Counted from the first letter of the stretch, positions 1 to 10,572 are shown. The stretch: 64,000 bases of DNA from Eledone cirrhosa (GCA_964016885.1 OZ024742.1:89590001-89654000), one strand, 5' to 3'. Numbers and translations: made by a program. Notes: generated by a model not told the origin, from the letters alone.

Positions 1-887
1 TGTCTGTCATCCCCGAAGGGACAAGAACTGATGAAGTGCGCGACTGCCTTAAGTTGTCCATGTTGTGGCCCCTAGTGAAGAGTTTGTAGCTGAGCACAAA
101 TGTGAGTGCTCATTTGCATGGTGACAACATGTCTGCAGCATTTTCTAACATTTTAACATTTGGTGAGGGCAATGTCCCTGCGGATGACAAGGGCGGCATA
201 GCAATCGACTCTCTGTGCAACATTGTGAGCATCCCTTCTGACCTTTGGGAAGCAGTTTTTCCTAATGTCTTTAATAACTTTAAAAAATTCGATTGGCTCA
301 GCGAAAGAGCCATCCTTGCTCCGTAAAATCCCATGGTTAATTTTATTAACGAGCAGCTAATTAAGAAGATTCCCGGTAATAAGCACATCTTCAAATCTAT
401 CGACCTGACGTCAGACCCCGACAATATCGTTAATTATCCGGTTGAGTTATTAAATTCCCTTGAGCCCCCAGAGCTCCCACCTCACATTCTTAAGCTTAGG
501 GTTGGCTGTCCAATTATGCTAATAAAGAACATGCGTCCACCAAAGCAGTGCAACGGTACTCGCATGGTCGTCAAGTCACTGACGCCCCAATTGGTTGAGG
601 CCACCATTGTAACGGGGTGCGGGAGAGGGGAGAATGTTCTCATTCCAAGGATGAACCTTTTCCCCTCGGCGTCAGATATCGCGTTCTATTTCCGGCGAAT
701 CCAATTCCCGGTGAGACCATGTTTTGCCAAGTCACAAGGGCAAAAATTGTCGGTGGCGGGCATCCATTTGGGAGTACCATGCTTCGCCCATGGCCAAATT
801 TATGTTGCCTGTTCTCGCGTAGGGAGCAGGAATGGATATTTTGCTTACACTCCTCAAGGGATGACACCCAATATCGTCTACAAATAG
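1..887 (+). pseudogene. Helitron Pif1-like SF1B helicase, C-terminal part, disrupted
   Basis: WLSERAILAP, YPVELLNSLEPPELPPHILKLRVGCPIMLIKN, CNGTRMVV, RRIQFPVRPCFA-KSQGQ, FAHGQIYVACSRV. Stop codons/frameshifts near 88 and 324; the usual MTIN residues before KSQGQ are missing. Confidence 0.9.
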
Positions 888-1215
888 GTGCTATAGATGT
901 TGATGCAGGTGTTGGAGGTGTTGGAGCAATGCCGTCTAGAAAACTATTTCCTGGTAGGGTCACGCTTGGCGGACAGATCTGACACCCAGCTGCATCAGGG
1001 CATCTTGCAACTTTGGTCTGCTAAATTCGGTATTGGAAGGTTATTAACCCATCATTGATTGTCCAAAATGCTAATTGGTTCGTAACTTTTAATAACCGGT
1101 TCAACTGCTATATGTACTTAATTGATGAGCTTATTCGCTTTCAAGACACGTTTACCTGTATGTAACTTTTCATAGAAAATGAACAAACCTGAACAACGCC
1201 GGGCTAAACTGCTAC
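1..1215 (+). mobile_element. Helitron 3' fragment (Pif1-type helicase C-terminus, 3' UTR and terminal hairpin)
   Basis: Helicase motifs in ORFs 102-326 and 333-887. Terminus cctgaacaacgccgggctaaactgctac resembles the intact Helitron 3' end at 34903-34930 (cccgagcaacgccgggctttactgCTAG), with CTAG changed to CTAC, and runs into (TA)n. Confidence 0.9.
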
Positions 1216-1504
1216 TATATATATATATGTGTGTGTGTGTGTAGCTAGAATGAGAGAGAGTGAGAGAGATATTTAATCAACTTAAACATCCGTATGTTGT
1301 AGCGCCCACAACGGTGTTGGGGAGAACAAAGTTCCTGATTTTCGAGCCAGTTCATCTCATTAACAATCGTATCACACCGTCTATTGATTTGTAATTGGCA
1401 TCTGGGTTGCTCCATTATTCCTAATAATTTGTTTCGGGCATCAGTATTTAAAGTAAGGCTGGGCAAAGGTAGAAAAAAGGAGAAACTTACTATAATAACG
1501 GGTG

Positions 1505-1612
1505 GAGGGCGGGACTGTGTCTTGTTTATATTTCTTTTATCCGGTTAGTAAAATAAGTTGGATTACTTTGAATAAATAATGAATGAATATTATATAATTT
1601 ATGTACTAAATT
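1505..1612. repeat. Interspersed repeat segment shared in inverted orientation with ~34975-35080
   Basis: ggttagtaaaataagttggattactttgaataaataatgaatgaatatta is the near reverse complement of 34993-35043. Confidence 0.75.
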
Positions 1613-1699
1613 TCGTAACTCTTCATTAAACAGAGATCATTTTATTGCTTATTCCATTTTGCTGTAGCGTTAGGTTCGTTAGTCAGTATGTGTATGTAT

Positions 1700-1882
1700 A
1701 ATAATTGTTTCTACTTTAGGCACCATGCCAGCAATTACCCAGTACATTACTAGTACTTTATTTTATCGACCCCGTAAGGATGAAAGGCAAAGTCAACCTC
1801 GGCGGGGTTTGAACTCAGATCGTAAAGGGACGTAACTATGCTGGAAAACATGGCGTCCGACCCTCTACCGATACTGCCAATC
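1700..1882 (-). mobile_element. tRNA-derived SINE
   Basis: Minus strand: A-box TGGCAGTATCGG, B-box GAGTTCAAACC, central block GCCTTTCATCCTTACGGGGTCGATAAAATAAAGTAC, tail AGAAACAATTATT. At least seven related copies in the window. Confidence 0.9.
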
Positions 1883-2081
1883 GGTATAATAATGAAAATT
1901 ATTGTGTACAGCGCTCAGGTGCATTATAATTGTTGTTCTTCTTCTTTGATTTTTATAAAATTAGTATCACATATCAACTACAACTACAACCACCACCACC
2001 ATCACCACCGCTTCAACTACCATATATATAGACAGAGCGGGAAAGAAAAAGAGAGACAGATAGATAGAGTGACAATGTGAC

Positions 2082-2138
<57 letters not shown>

Positions 2139-2194
2139 AATGACAGGAGGCTGGACTGGTGTAATTCCTTAAAAGGTTTATTATACTATGATCA

Positions 2195-2246
2195 TTTCAA
2201 TGACCGGTTTCAGTACGAATCCGGTGATATCATCAGGTAATCGAAA
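2195..2246 (-). ncRNA. Minimal hammerhead ribozyme motif (left inverted arm)
   Basis: Minus strand tttcgattac-CTGATGA-tatcaccggattcgtact-GAAA-ccgg-TC-attgaaa. Palindromic stem III as in PLE minimal hammerheads; stems I and II imperfect. Confidence 0.6.
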
Positions 2247-2750
2247 TATAACAAAGGAATATAATAGACAAAATCCATGGGGCTGAAAATATTTTCAGGG
2301 CTTTTGGGATTCACTTTGGATATTCAGACTCGAACATACACTAGGTATCACCTGATACCATTCCTACTCTTCCATCCTGTATATCTATATGTATAACATT
2401 GCATTCTCCAACCGTGCTATATATTGCCCATTTACTGCACCTTGATCTGTATTTTATTTCTTCTGTATTGTGATTTCTTCTATGTTCTTATATACTTCCT
2501 TTTTACTCCCTACATCACCACCCTAGGTATGACTGTATTTTGTATTTTACTTATGGTATTACTTATGCATTTATTTACTCCCTTTACTCTCATTATATAC
2601 GTATCCTTGTACTCATTAGCACACGACCCTATAATATTGCTCTCTGTACCCTTATATCTGTCTATCTTTATTTACTCCCCCTACCCACCCAGGTATCATA
2701 CTACATATAACCGGACTAACTATAGTCTATTTGCACATTTCATCAGATTT

Positions 2751-2920
2751 TGGTGTGAATAACTAATAATCGTTTGGTACACGCGATGATCCGACTGATG
2801 TGGCGGCTTTCCCGACAGCACACCAGTCGCTCGGGTCGATCAGCCTTCCTTGAGTGCTTGGAAAAATAAATTTCCCCTTCTTTCGGTAAACGAAAATACT
2901 CGGAACGGCTGCTTCGCCCT
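2751..2920 (+). ncRNA. Candidate HDV-like ribozyme fold, module 1
   Basis: P1 tggtgt(2751)/acacca(2820); P2 ggcg(2802)/cgcc(2915); P3 gct/agc around L3 ttcccgac; P4 base cgctcgggt/actcggaacg; J4/2 gCtgctt degenerate. Confidence 0.35.
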
Positions 2921-3054
2921 GGGGCCCTGTCGGACTTGGAACCCGCCTCGACACCGGTTATTGATGCCAAACAGTACCTTTAAATTCTAGGCTTAATCAT
3001 AACTTTTAATTTTATCTTGCCTCCTTCTACTAGCACTTAACTAAATCCCCCACC

Positions 3055-3225
3055 AGTGTGAATCACTAGTAGTCGTTTGTTATATACGATGTCCGGCGGA
3101 CGGTGGCGGACTTCCCGCTGGCACACCCGACGCTTAAGACAGTTAACATTCCTGGGGTGCGCGAAAAAATAAATGTCCATTTCTTTCGCTATACAATAAT
3201 ACTCGGAACGGCTAACACGCCGTTG
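3055..3225 (+). ncRNA. Candidate HDV-like ribozyme fold, module 2 (diverged paralog of module 1)
   Basis: P2 cggtggcg(3101)/cgccgttg(3218); L3 ttcccgct; P1.1 UC/GA; J4/2 gCtaa; P1 and P3 partly mismatched. Confidence 0.35.
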
Positions 3226-3805
3226 GTCCCCGGGCTGGCCGGGGGTACGCTACGTCGCTAAGCATGGGTTTAATCTTTACTTTGTATTCTACCCTGAAAC
3301 TTTATCGTGACTATCTATAATACACTTAAACTTTTTCATAACAGCCCCCTTCTGTAAATTATTTAAATAAATCTCACAACTTCAAACTTAAACCTTATTT
3401 TTCTAATTTCATCTTAAATGGCATCTTCTAACTCTAAACATAAATTTAACGTTTCTAATTGTTAATCGAAATTTCTGTCCATACATTATACCATGCAGAC
3501 GCCCACTATATATTACTATATATAGTTTTGTTAAGATATATGTTCTTTGATAAAATATTTTTCGCGGCACTTCTAGCACGCATGACCAGCTTGATTGTGA
3601 CCTGACTTCAACGCTAGCCTCTGTCTTTGAAGGGATGGTAGTATTACACTATAAACCTACGCCCCTTCACCAAATAGTCATATGTAGGCTTAAAAATGAC
3701 CACACGAGGGCGGCCGACCGGGGTAGAAGCTGGTAAATGTTCGGTCGCCTTCATGTCCCTTATTTTCTGCCTCATGGATTTTGTCTATTATATTCCTCTG
3801 TTATA

Positions 3806-3857
3806 TTTCGATTAGCTGATGATGTCACCGGATTTATTCTGAACCCGGTCATTGAAA
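3806..3857 (+). ncRNA. Minimal hammerhead ribozyme motif (right arm; GAAA changed to GAAC)
   Basis: tttcgattag-CTGATGA-tgtcaccggatttattct-GAAC-ccgg-TC-attgaaa. Confidence 0.5.
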
Positions 3858-4167
3858 TGATAATAGTATAATAAACCTTTTAATGAATTACACGAGTCCA
3901 GCCTCTGTAATTTTATAATAATTAACTCTGTACTCGCAACACCAACTACACAAACGAAGACGGGTGAGTTACATTACGTTGAGTGCTCTCCATAATATTA
4001 CATCGAGGTTGACGATACGGAATGACCAGTTCTATCCAGTGGTGAACCAACAAACCTAAATATATATATATATATATAATGGAAAAATTTGAACAGGGAC
4101 AAAACAGAGAGGCAGTACAACGAATGTTTATTAATTTCACGCTCTGGAGAGTGGGGTGTTGGTGGGG

Positions 4168-4203
4168 GACGACGTTTCGGGCATAAGCCCTTCCTCAGGT
4201 GAG
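4168..4203 (-). ncRNA. Hammerhead core in an isolated pLTR fragment (~4078-4290)
   Basis: Minus strand CTGAGGA-a-gggc-ttat-gccc-GAAA-cg-TC. Perfect stem II, poor stem I; fragment bounded by (TA)n. Confidence 0.55.
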
Positions 4204-4768
4204 AAGTGTGTGGGAACAGAGTTCAAAGGGTGTGTAGGGGAGTGGTGGAGAGACATATAGCGAAAGGAAACGGTGCGAATGAAAAAAATAAAATATATAT
4301 ATATATATACAGAGGTATCCACTGTAAGTTGTGGGGTCTATTCTGCATGAAGAACTCGATGTAATCCATATGTTGAAAATGTTGTAGGTTAAGATAAATC
4401 TCGGAAAACAATAAACTATTAAAAGGAAAACAGAGTCATGATATAAGTTAAAACAATGAAATAAAAATCAAGTCATAAGAGATATACTTCCATGCTTTAC
4501 GATCGTTTCTAGATGATGATAATACATTGTAGCTATACTCAGTAATTGATCTATGTAACGTTATTTACAAACTATCAGATAAAGAGAATATTTACTTACA
4601 TGCATATCACCAGCTGTTTTCAAAAGCAATAATAATTTTATTCAATAATGATTTTATTCAGAATTAGTAGTATGTTAGTATCATGTCCTTATTTGGAGTT
4701 AGTTGAAGAACTAACGAATCGAATTGTTTTTTTCATATGGTGTTAAGATGAAAAGTAATATACTTTAG

Positions 4769-5619
4769 TTGATGTCAAAAGTAATATACTTTATTGGACA
4801 AATCCCCAAAAAATTCTTTGAAATTCTACATAAACATTTTCCACCAAACCACAGATACCACCAAATATTTAACAAATATACTGTTAAATTCTCATACTCT
4901 ACATCAAGCAATCTCAAACAAAAAATAAGCAACTACAACATTTATAAACTTTAAAATAATATGAGTACACCACCGCAGCATAAAAAGGCAAATAATACAA
5001 TCCTTCAACCTAGAAAACACAACCACCCAAATCACCAAAACAAAAACAACAGAACACAAAATCACAATACAACCCTAACACCAAACCACCCACAAAGCAA
5101 CCTTCATTCTCCTGTTATCATTAATTACAATAGAAATAGCTCAAGGATTAAGGAGAATAATATAGGCACCCCTAATAACCATCATACGTATGGCTGTAAT
5201 TGCAGAAATAGAAGCATTTGCCCTTAAATGGAAACTGTTTGATTGATAATGTAAGATATAAATGCACTGTGTCTACTACAGACTCCAACAAAACATATAT
5301 AGGATCTACATCAAACACATTTATGAAAAGATTTTACGCACACTCTAGTAGTTTCAACAATACTAAACTAGCTAACACCACATCTTTAGCTGAAGCGGTA
5401 AATAATTATAAAAAGAAAAAATTAGATTTCAAGTTATCGTGGAACACCAATCTACAAAGAACTCCATATCTTGGGAACAGGAGGGAATGCAGATTATGTT
5501 TAGGGGATATTTTGGAAATTACTAAATCTAAGGACGATTTATTAAATAAAAGACAGGAATTGATCATAGTTTGTAATCACCGTATACGAAAAACATTTAA
5601 ATACTATAAACCTAATTAA
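4769..5619 (+). pseudogene. PLE linker + GIY-YIG endonuclease, frameshifted
   Basis: HFPPNHRYHQIFNKYTVKFSYS; CNCRNRSICPLNGNCL..VRYKC...TYIGST..FMKRFYAH; CRLCL; CNH. Confidence 0.88.
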
Positions 5620-5804
5620 ATATTCTAAATAACAACTCACTATAATTCCATATAGAGTAACATGTATTAGTACCACTTTCCCCTAATTATATGCATTCAT
5701 GCTTAGCTTTTGCCTTTTAATGTTTTAGCTTCCTTAGATTTATGCGTTAATGACTAATGGCAACAAGATACACAACCACCCGTAATTGCATGAGTAAATA
5801 TATA

Positions 5805-6144
5805 TCTTTGTATGATATGGAAATATATTTATGTGTGGGAATGTATATATATGTATATGTTTGTATATGTATTTATGTATGTGTATATGTGTATATATAT
5901 ATACTTGTATATTTGTGTATGTATGTATGTGTATGTACGTATATATATATACATGTGTGAATATATATATATATGTATATATATATGTGTGTGTTTGTAT
6001 GTGTGTATGTGTGAGTATAGGTGTATGAGTGTTTATGTGTGAGTATGTGCACATGTATGAGGAGTGTACATATACTCACACATGTATATATGTATATATA
6101 TATATGTGTATGGGTGGGTGTGTCTATGTTTATATATGTGTATG

Positions 6145-6190
<46 letters not shown>
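5805..6190. repeat. Degenerate (TA)n/(TG)n/(TATG)n microsatellite
   Basis: Seen directly; it is the insertion site of the nested PLE. Confidence 0.95.
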
Positions 6191-6193
<3 letters not shown>

Positions 6194-6319
6194 ATACTTT
6201 GGGAGGGTCATGTTGCCAATAAGAAACACACGCACCAGTTGCTTTCACTTCAATTTATTATATATTTATAAATTTCTGGTTGGTTGGTTGGTTCCACAAC
6301 CAGATAGTTGTTTATATAT

Positions 6320-6364
6320 AGTCATAGTTCTTTCGTCACACACTATGTGACCTCTTCAGTGACT
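6320..6364 (-). ncRNA. Type I minimal hammerhead ribozyme, apparently intact
   Basis: Minus strand agtca-CTGAAGA-g-gtcaca-tagtg-tgtgac-GAAA-gaac-TA-tgact: 5-bp stem I, 6-bp stem II, complete core, minimal stem III. Confidence 0.85.
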
Positions 6365-6564
6365 GGGGATTCCTTTCTTTGTTTCTGTGCCTCTCCTTTG
6401 TTCTGTCCTACGCCATTTTGTTTCTGTGCGTGTGTTGTGTACTCAGTCTGCGCATGCGCCACATCCGGGTGTTTGTGTGTGTTTATGTTCATTTATCTAT
6501 TTGTTTATTTACATGTTACTGGTTCTTTGTTTGTTCTATGTGTGTGTGTGTTTTCATTTTGTCC

Positions 6565-9072
6565 TTAATTGTAAGTTGTGATGTTGCTGTTCCACTTATA
6601 TTTTCTATTTAATTTTGGTTGTAATTCTTTTATGTTTATTGCCTCTGTAATTTGTCTAAACATTGCGTCTTTTGTGTGTGTAGATTCTATTTTTATTTCT
6701 ATGTGCTCTAATTTACCCTTGTGTTCTATCTTGGCATGTTGGTAGAGTACAGATGATTCTTTATTATCTTGAAGGTTTCGCCAGTGTTCATTTATCCGTT
6801 CCCGTACACTACGAGCTGTCTCACCTATGTACACTATATTTTTGTCTCTACGTTGTCCTTCAGTACAACTTATGCTATACACTACATTTCTAGTTTTACA
6901 GTTAATATGGGGGCTTATTTTACAGGTTACACATTTCTTGTCTATAGATGAGGGTCTTTGAAAAGGGTATGTCTTGCTAATAAGTGTTTTTACGGAGGTA
7001 CCTGGTCTTTCTACTATCTTAATATTGAGTTTATGTTTATTTAGGGCCCTTCTAAATTTGTAAGCTAGTTCACCTCTAGGGGTTGTATCGATGAACATTA
7101 CACTCTGGTATTTATTGCTATCATACCATGAGTTTATTCTATTAGCCTTGTTCCTAGTTCTTTCTATTCTATTCCAAAATTTGCTCCTATACAAGGGGCA
7201 GGTCCCATTTATGTCATTATTTACCATTTTTTCACATTTGGTTCTGGCTCCTCTATACAATCTGATTCTATCTCTCTGATTGTAGCCAGAGAACTGCATA
7301 CGGTGGATGAAGTGTTGTATGTGTCTCTCTAGTTCTTCGGGGTTGCACATGCGGGACACATTTCTCATCACCCGTACCAAATGCGCAATCAGTATGTTGA
7401 TTTTGGTATGGTCCGAAATGACCGAGTTTCGGTGGATCAGATGTTTGGAAGTCATGGGTTTGGCATAATGGGAATGGAGGATTTGTTTTTTGTTGTTAAT
7501 GGTATCTAACCAGAGCTCTGTGTCTAGTACAGGTAATCGATGGTTGGGGTGTTTACTTGGGTAGTCTATAGTAACTCTAATGCTCTGGTGGATGGAGTTA
7601 GCTATTTGCTGGATGCTTTCCATTGTGTTTTTCTCTAGTTCCTGACTGTTCTCTAGTGGGGGTGTCTTAACTACGATGTTTATATCATCTACGTAGCGGG
7701 AGTACATTATCAGGGTTAAGGGGTCTTCTAATTGTTCTTTAAGTTTAAGTTTAAGTCTACTGTCCCACCATACCCTGAATAAGTTAGTTATGTCGCCTGC
7801 AATGCTAACACCAGTGGCTGCTCCTTCCTCTTGGGCATATGTTTTTCCATTAAATTTGAACATATGTTCCTTAAGGGTTAGTTTTATGCTGGACCCTACC
7901 GCATGTGCAATCATTTTCTTCAGTTCATCGTGGTTTTCGGGTGTCCGTATGGCTCTGGTCCACCCATTCCATCTATCTGTGTGGGTTTTCTTGGCCATTG
8001 AGGTAATGGTAGGTGGTCTGCCTCTTGCTGGTCTTGTAGGGCACAGGTTGCTAAAGTCATAAGTGTCTAGGTAACTATTACTATAGGTTAGCTTAAGTAG
8101 GAGTCCCAGCTCACTGGTATCAATCCCACGGAACACAACCTTGCTATCACTGATCATTTCTACGCATTTCTCCACAGCAAAATCCACGTCAATAGATGGA
8201 TACAGGGACACAACATCCATACTGCCTATTATGCAGTTTGTTAGGTCCCCAGATCGGTTAATCACGCCCATTCTGCAGAGGAGGTCCTCCGTGCTGTCAC
8301 ATACATCTGGGGACATTTCAATGATGGGGCGTATGATCAGGGAGAGGAAGTAGGACAGTCTGTAGTTACTAGCAATGTTAGCGCCACAGACTGGCCGTGT
8401 TGGTGGTCCCGCGACAGGGTCACCGCCCGTTTTAAGGTCTTTTCGAATCCCATACAACGCCGACACGTCATTGTTCCAGGCCTGGAAGTTGTTGGTAGTC
8501 CTTTTGTTGGGCTGCATTATATTCGTCCACATCACCATATGGGCATTGAGGGCTTTTTCTCTATCCTCATTCTCCTGTGGTGTTACCTCTCTTGTGTTTG
8601 TGATATGGGGTTGCATTGCCTGGATGTAGATTGGCAGGCTGTCAACCGACATTCTGCCAGACTTGTCTGTTGGAAAGCATGCTATCTCTCCATTACGCGA
8701 GCGCTGCATGATCTTACGCAAGCCATTTGCAGATTTTTCTCCCAGTTGCTGGGCCTCCATTCTACTATGTTTCTTGCTATACTGTTCTATAATATTTCTA
8801 AGTTCGGATCTAGCTATGCTAAATTGTGCTTCGGTTTGTTCATCGACCTGCGACGGCAATTGCGTGCGTTTGTTAAATGGTAAAGTCGTGGCGTGGACTC
8901 GTCGCAGGTCGAATGATTTATCGGAGGGATTATAAAACGGAGAGTTCCATGCTGCTGCTTTATGTGTACTAGTGCTATTGTTATTGTTAGTTGTGTTGTT
9001 TCTATTTCTATTTCCACCAACAGCCTCATGGTTGTTTCTATGTCTCTCATAATTACTCCTGTCTCTTTCCAC
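6565..9072 (-). CDS. PLE reverse transcriptase + GIY-YIG endonuclease (835-aa open frame)
   Basis: PTDKSG, RPVCG, GSMDVVSLYPSI, YAQEEGAATG, YSRYVDD, LPVLD, then CVTC..CKTRNVVYSISC..YIGETARSVRERINEH..H...EH..RQITEA. Confidence 0.92.
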   Translation of the reverse strand: MERDRSNYERHRNNHEAVGGNRNRNNTTNNNNSTSTHKAAAWNSPFYNPSDKSFDLRRVHATTLPFNKRTQLPSQVDEQTEAQFSIARSELRNIIEQYSKKHSRMEAQQLGEKSANGLRKIMQRSRNGEIACFPTDKSGRMSVDSLPIYIQAMQPHITNTREVTPQENEDREKALNAHMVMWTNIMQPNKRTTNNFQAWNNDVSALYGIRKDLKTGGDPVAGPPTRPVCGANIASNYRLSYFLSLIIRPIIEMSPDVCDSTEDLLCRMGVINRSGDLTNCIIGSMDVVSLYPSIDVDFAVEKCVEMISDSKVVFRGIDTSELGLLLKLTYSNSYLDTYDFSNLCPTRPARGRPPTITSMAKKTHTDRWNGWTRAIRTPENHDELKKMIAHAVGSSIKLTLKEHMFKFNGKTYAQEEGAATGVSIAGDITNLFRVWWDSRLKLKLKEQLEDPLTLIMYSRYVDDINIVVKTPPLENSQELEKNTMESIQQIANSIHQSIRVTIDYPSKHPNHRLPVLDTELWLDTINNKKQILHSHYAKPMTSKHLIHRNSVISDHTKINILIAHLVRVMRNVSRMCNPEELERHIQHFIHRMQFSGYNQRDRIRLYRGARTKCEKMVNNDINGTCPLYRSKFWNRIERTRNKANRINSWYDSNKYQSVMFIDTTPRGELAYKFRRALNKHKLNIKIVERPGTSVKTLISKTYPFQRPSSIDKKCVTCKISPHINCKTRNVVYSISCTEGQRRDKNIVYIGETARSVRERINEHWRNLQDNKESSVLYQHAKIEHKGKLEHIEIKIESTHTKDAMFRQITEAINIKELQPKLNRKYKWNSNITTYN

Positions 9073-9094
9073 TGGCTCATTGTTGTTATCTACC

Positions 9095-9940
9095 CTATTT
9101 TGTGTCTGTGTGTTCGTGTTGGTTATTCTCTTTGTCCTTAGTCTCCCTTCTCCTTTTAATCCTATTACTTTCCCTTATTTTTGTGATTTCTGTGCTACTG
9201 TCATTACTTGTTTTCTGTGTCTGTGTGTTTGTTAAGATTGTGGTGGTGGTGAGAGGCATTGAATGCATGTGTGTTGTTGTTGTTGATGTGTGCTGTTGTT
9301 GATGTGTGTTGTTGTTGTCTCCGTGTGTGTTATTGTTGTTGTGTGTGTTGTTATTGTTGTTTGTGTCTGCGTGTCTGTTGTTGTTGTTTCTGGGTATGTT
9401 GTTATTGTTGTTGTTGTTGATGTGTGTGTTGTTGTTATTGTTGTTTGTGTCTGTGTGTCTGTTGTTGTTGGGATGTGTGTTGTATATGTGTGTGCGTATA
9501 TTGTTGCTTTTGTTTTTGTTTTTGTTTTTGTTTTTGTTTTTTATGCTCCAGCGTAGTTTTGTAAATGATTTTTCTATTTCTGACAGACAACTAATCATAT
9601 TTACCTTCTTGAATGTCGCAAATTTCGGGGGTAAACATAACACAAACATTTCGGCATTATCTATTCTTGCGTTACCATATATATTTGTGTTTTTGTTGTT
9701 GAACTGTTCTGTTAATGAGGTGTCGGCCATATTTATACCGTCAATTTTGTCGGGATATCTATTGGTATTCTCTATAGTATCCTGATTTGGCTTTATCTGC
9801 TTAAGCCACTTTAGTTTCTTGTTAAAGTGCTTATCACACCACTGAATTATTTCTGTATAAGTTCCCTGTGTCCACGCATCTCCTGGGAACTTAGCTGAGA
9901 ATTGACTTCCTGTTGACGAAAGGTATTCTCCATGTTCCAT
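9095..9940 (-). pseudogene. N-terminal part of the same PLE ORF, frameshifted, with Asn/Thr microsatellite expansion
   Basis: KHFNKKLKWLK..LCLPPKFATFKKVN..EIEKSFTKLRW followed by an (AAC)n-rich low-complexity stretch; different frame from 6565-9072. Confidence 0.7.
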
Positions 9941-10572
9941 TCGGAAACCATGTTTATTCCCTTTCAGAAACTAATTAGTTTGAGTGCAATTTTAGTAAGT
10001 AAGTTAATTTTTATAATTTTCTTATTTTACGTCTTTCATATAATTGTCCTGCATCCCCTTGCATTGAACCACAAAGTTACTAAGACAAATCCTATATATT
10101 TGCTAGCATAGGTATTCATCTGTATATATATATATATGTTGGTAGATATACTAATTCTTTATAATTATCTCCAAATTATTTGTTGAGCAAAAATGTGCCA
10201 AAACTGCTACTATAGTTCATAGTAATAGTCCGGATACTGTCTTATTAACACCCCACTCCTCACTGATTAACATCGATGTCACGTGATTGATTCTTTTGAA
10301 TTTGCCACCAACCAAGTAGGCAGTGATTTTTTCAATGTCTTGGAATTTAGTCCTCGCTTGCTTTTTTCCATTCACTGAATTATTTTTGTATAAGTTCCCT
10401 GTGTCCACGCATCGCCTGGGAACTTAGCTGAGAATTGACTTCCTGATGACGAAAGGTATTCTCCATGTTCCATTCGGAACCATGTTTATTCCCTTTCAGA
10501 AACTAATTAGTTGGAGTGAAATTTTAGTAAGTAAGTTAATTTTTATAATTTTCTTATTTTACGTCTTTCATA
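9856..10572. repeat. ~185-bp direct duplication (9856-10042 and 10388-10572) at the 5' end of the nested PLE
   Basis: taagttccctgtgtccacgcatc...ttttacgtctttcata present twice with few mismatches. Confidence 0.9.

Larger units (their letters stand above)
2133..3920 (+). mobile_element. Non-coding PLE-derived element with ~160-bp inverted terminal (pseudo-LTR) copies
   Basis: 2133-2292 is the diverged reverse complement of 3761-3920. Both arms carry a hammerhead-like core. Adjacent to (TA)n at 2085-2133. No credible internal ORF. Confidence 0.75.
6190..10572 (-). mobile_element. Nested Penelope-like element (RT + C-terminal GIY-YIG; Neptune-like, clade tentative)
   Basis: ORFs 9095-9940 and 6565-9072, 3' pLTR with a hammerhead at 6320-6364, both ends in (TA)n. 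Confidence 0.88.

Noticed and set aside
1-887. Idea that this helicase is the missing C-terminus of the Rep fragments at 42-52 kb
   Set aside because: Opposite strand, 40 kb away, and a different 3' terminal hairpin family.
1425-1450. Minus-strand CTGATGcccGAAAc
   Set aside because: Core incomplete and no stem II; at best a deleted remnant.
1790-1882. tRNA gene
   Set aside because: A/B boxes are present but there is no cloverleaf; it is the head of a multicopy SINE.
2743-2970. Minus-strand 75-aa ORF with a paralogous frame in module 2
   Set aside because: No ATG start; only a few synonymous changes (RLLVIH) against many replacements. Kept only as an alternative to the RNA-structure model.
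6565-9072. Naiad-type selenoprotein PLE
   Set aside because: The endonuclease is C-terminal and the 835-aa frame has no in-frame TGA.
9290-9785. Very hydrophobic plus-strand ORFs resembling membrane proteins (also 14399, 20456, 21687, 59259)
   Set aside because: Antisense readings of Asn/Thr/Pro-rich TE linkers or AT-rich UTRs.
10443-10460. CTGATGAcGAAA hammerhead-like string
   Set aside because: No stem II, antisense to the element, and the duplicate at 9910 reads CTGTTGA.
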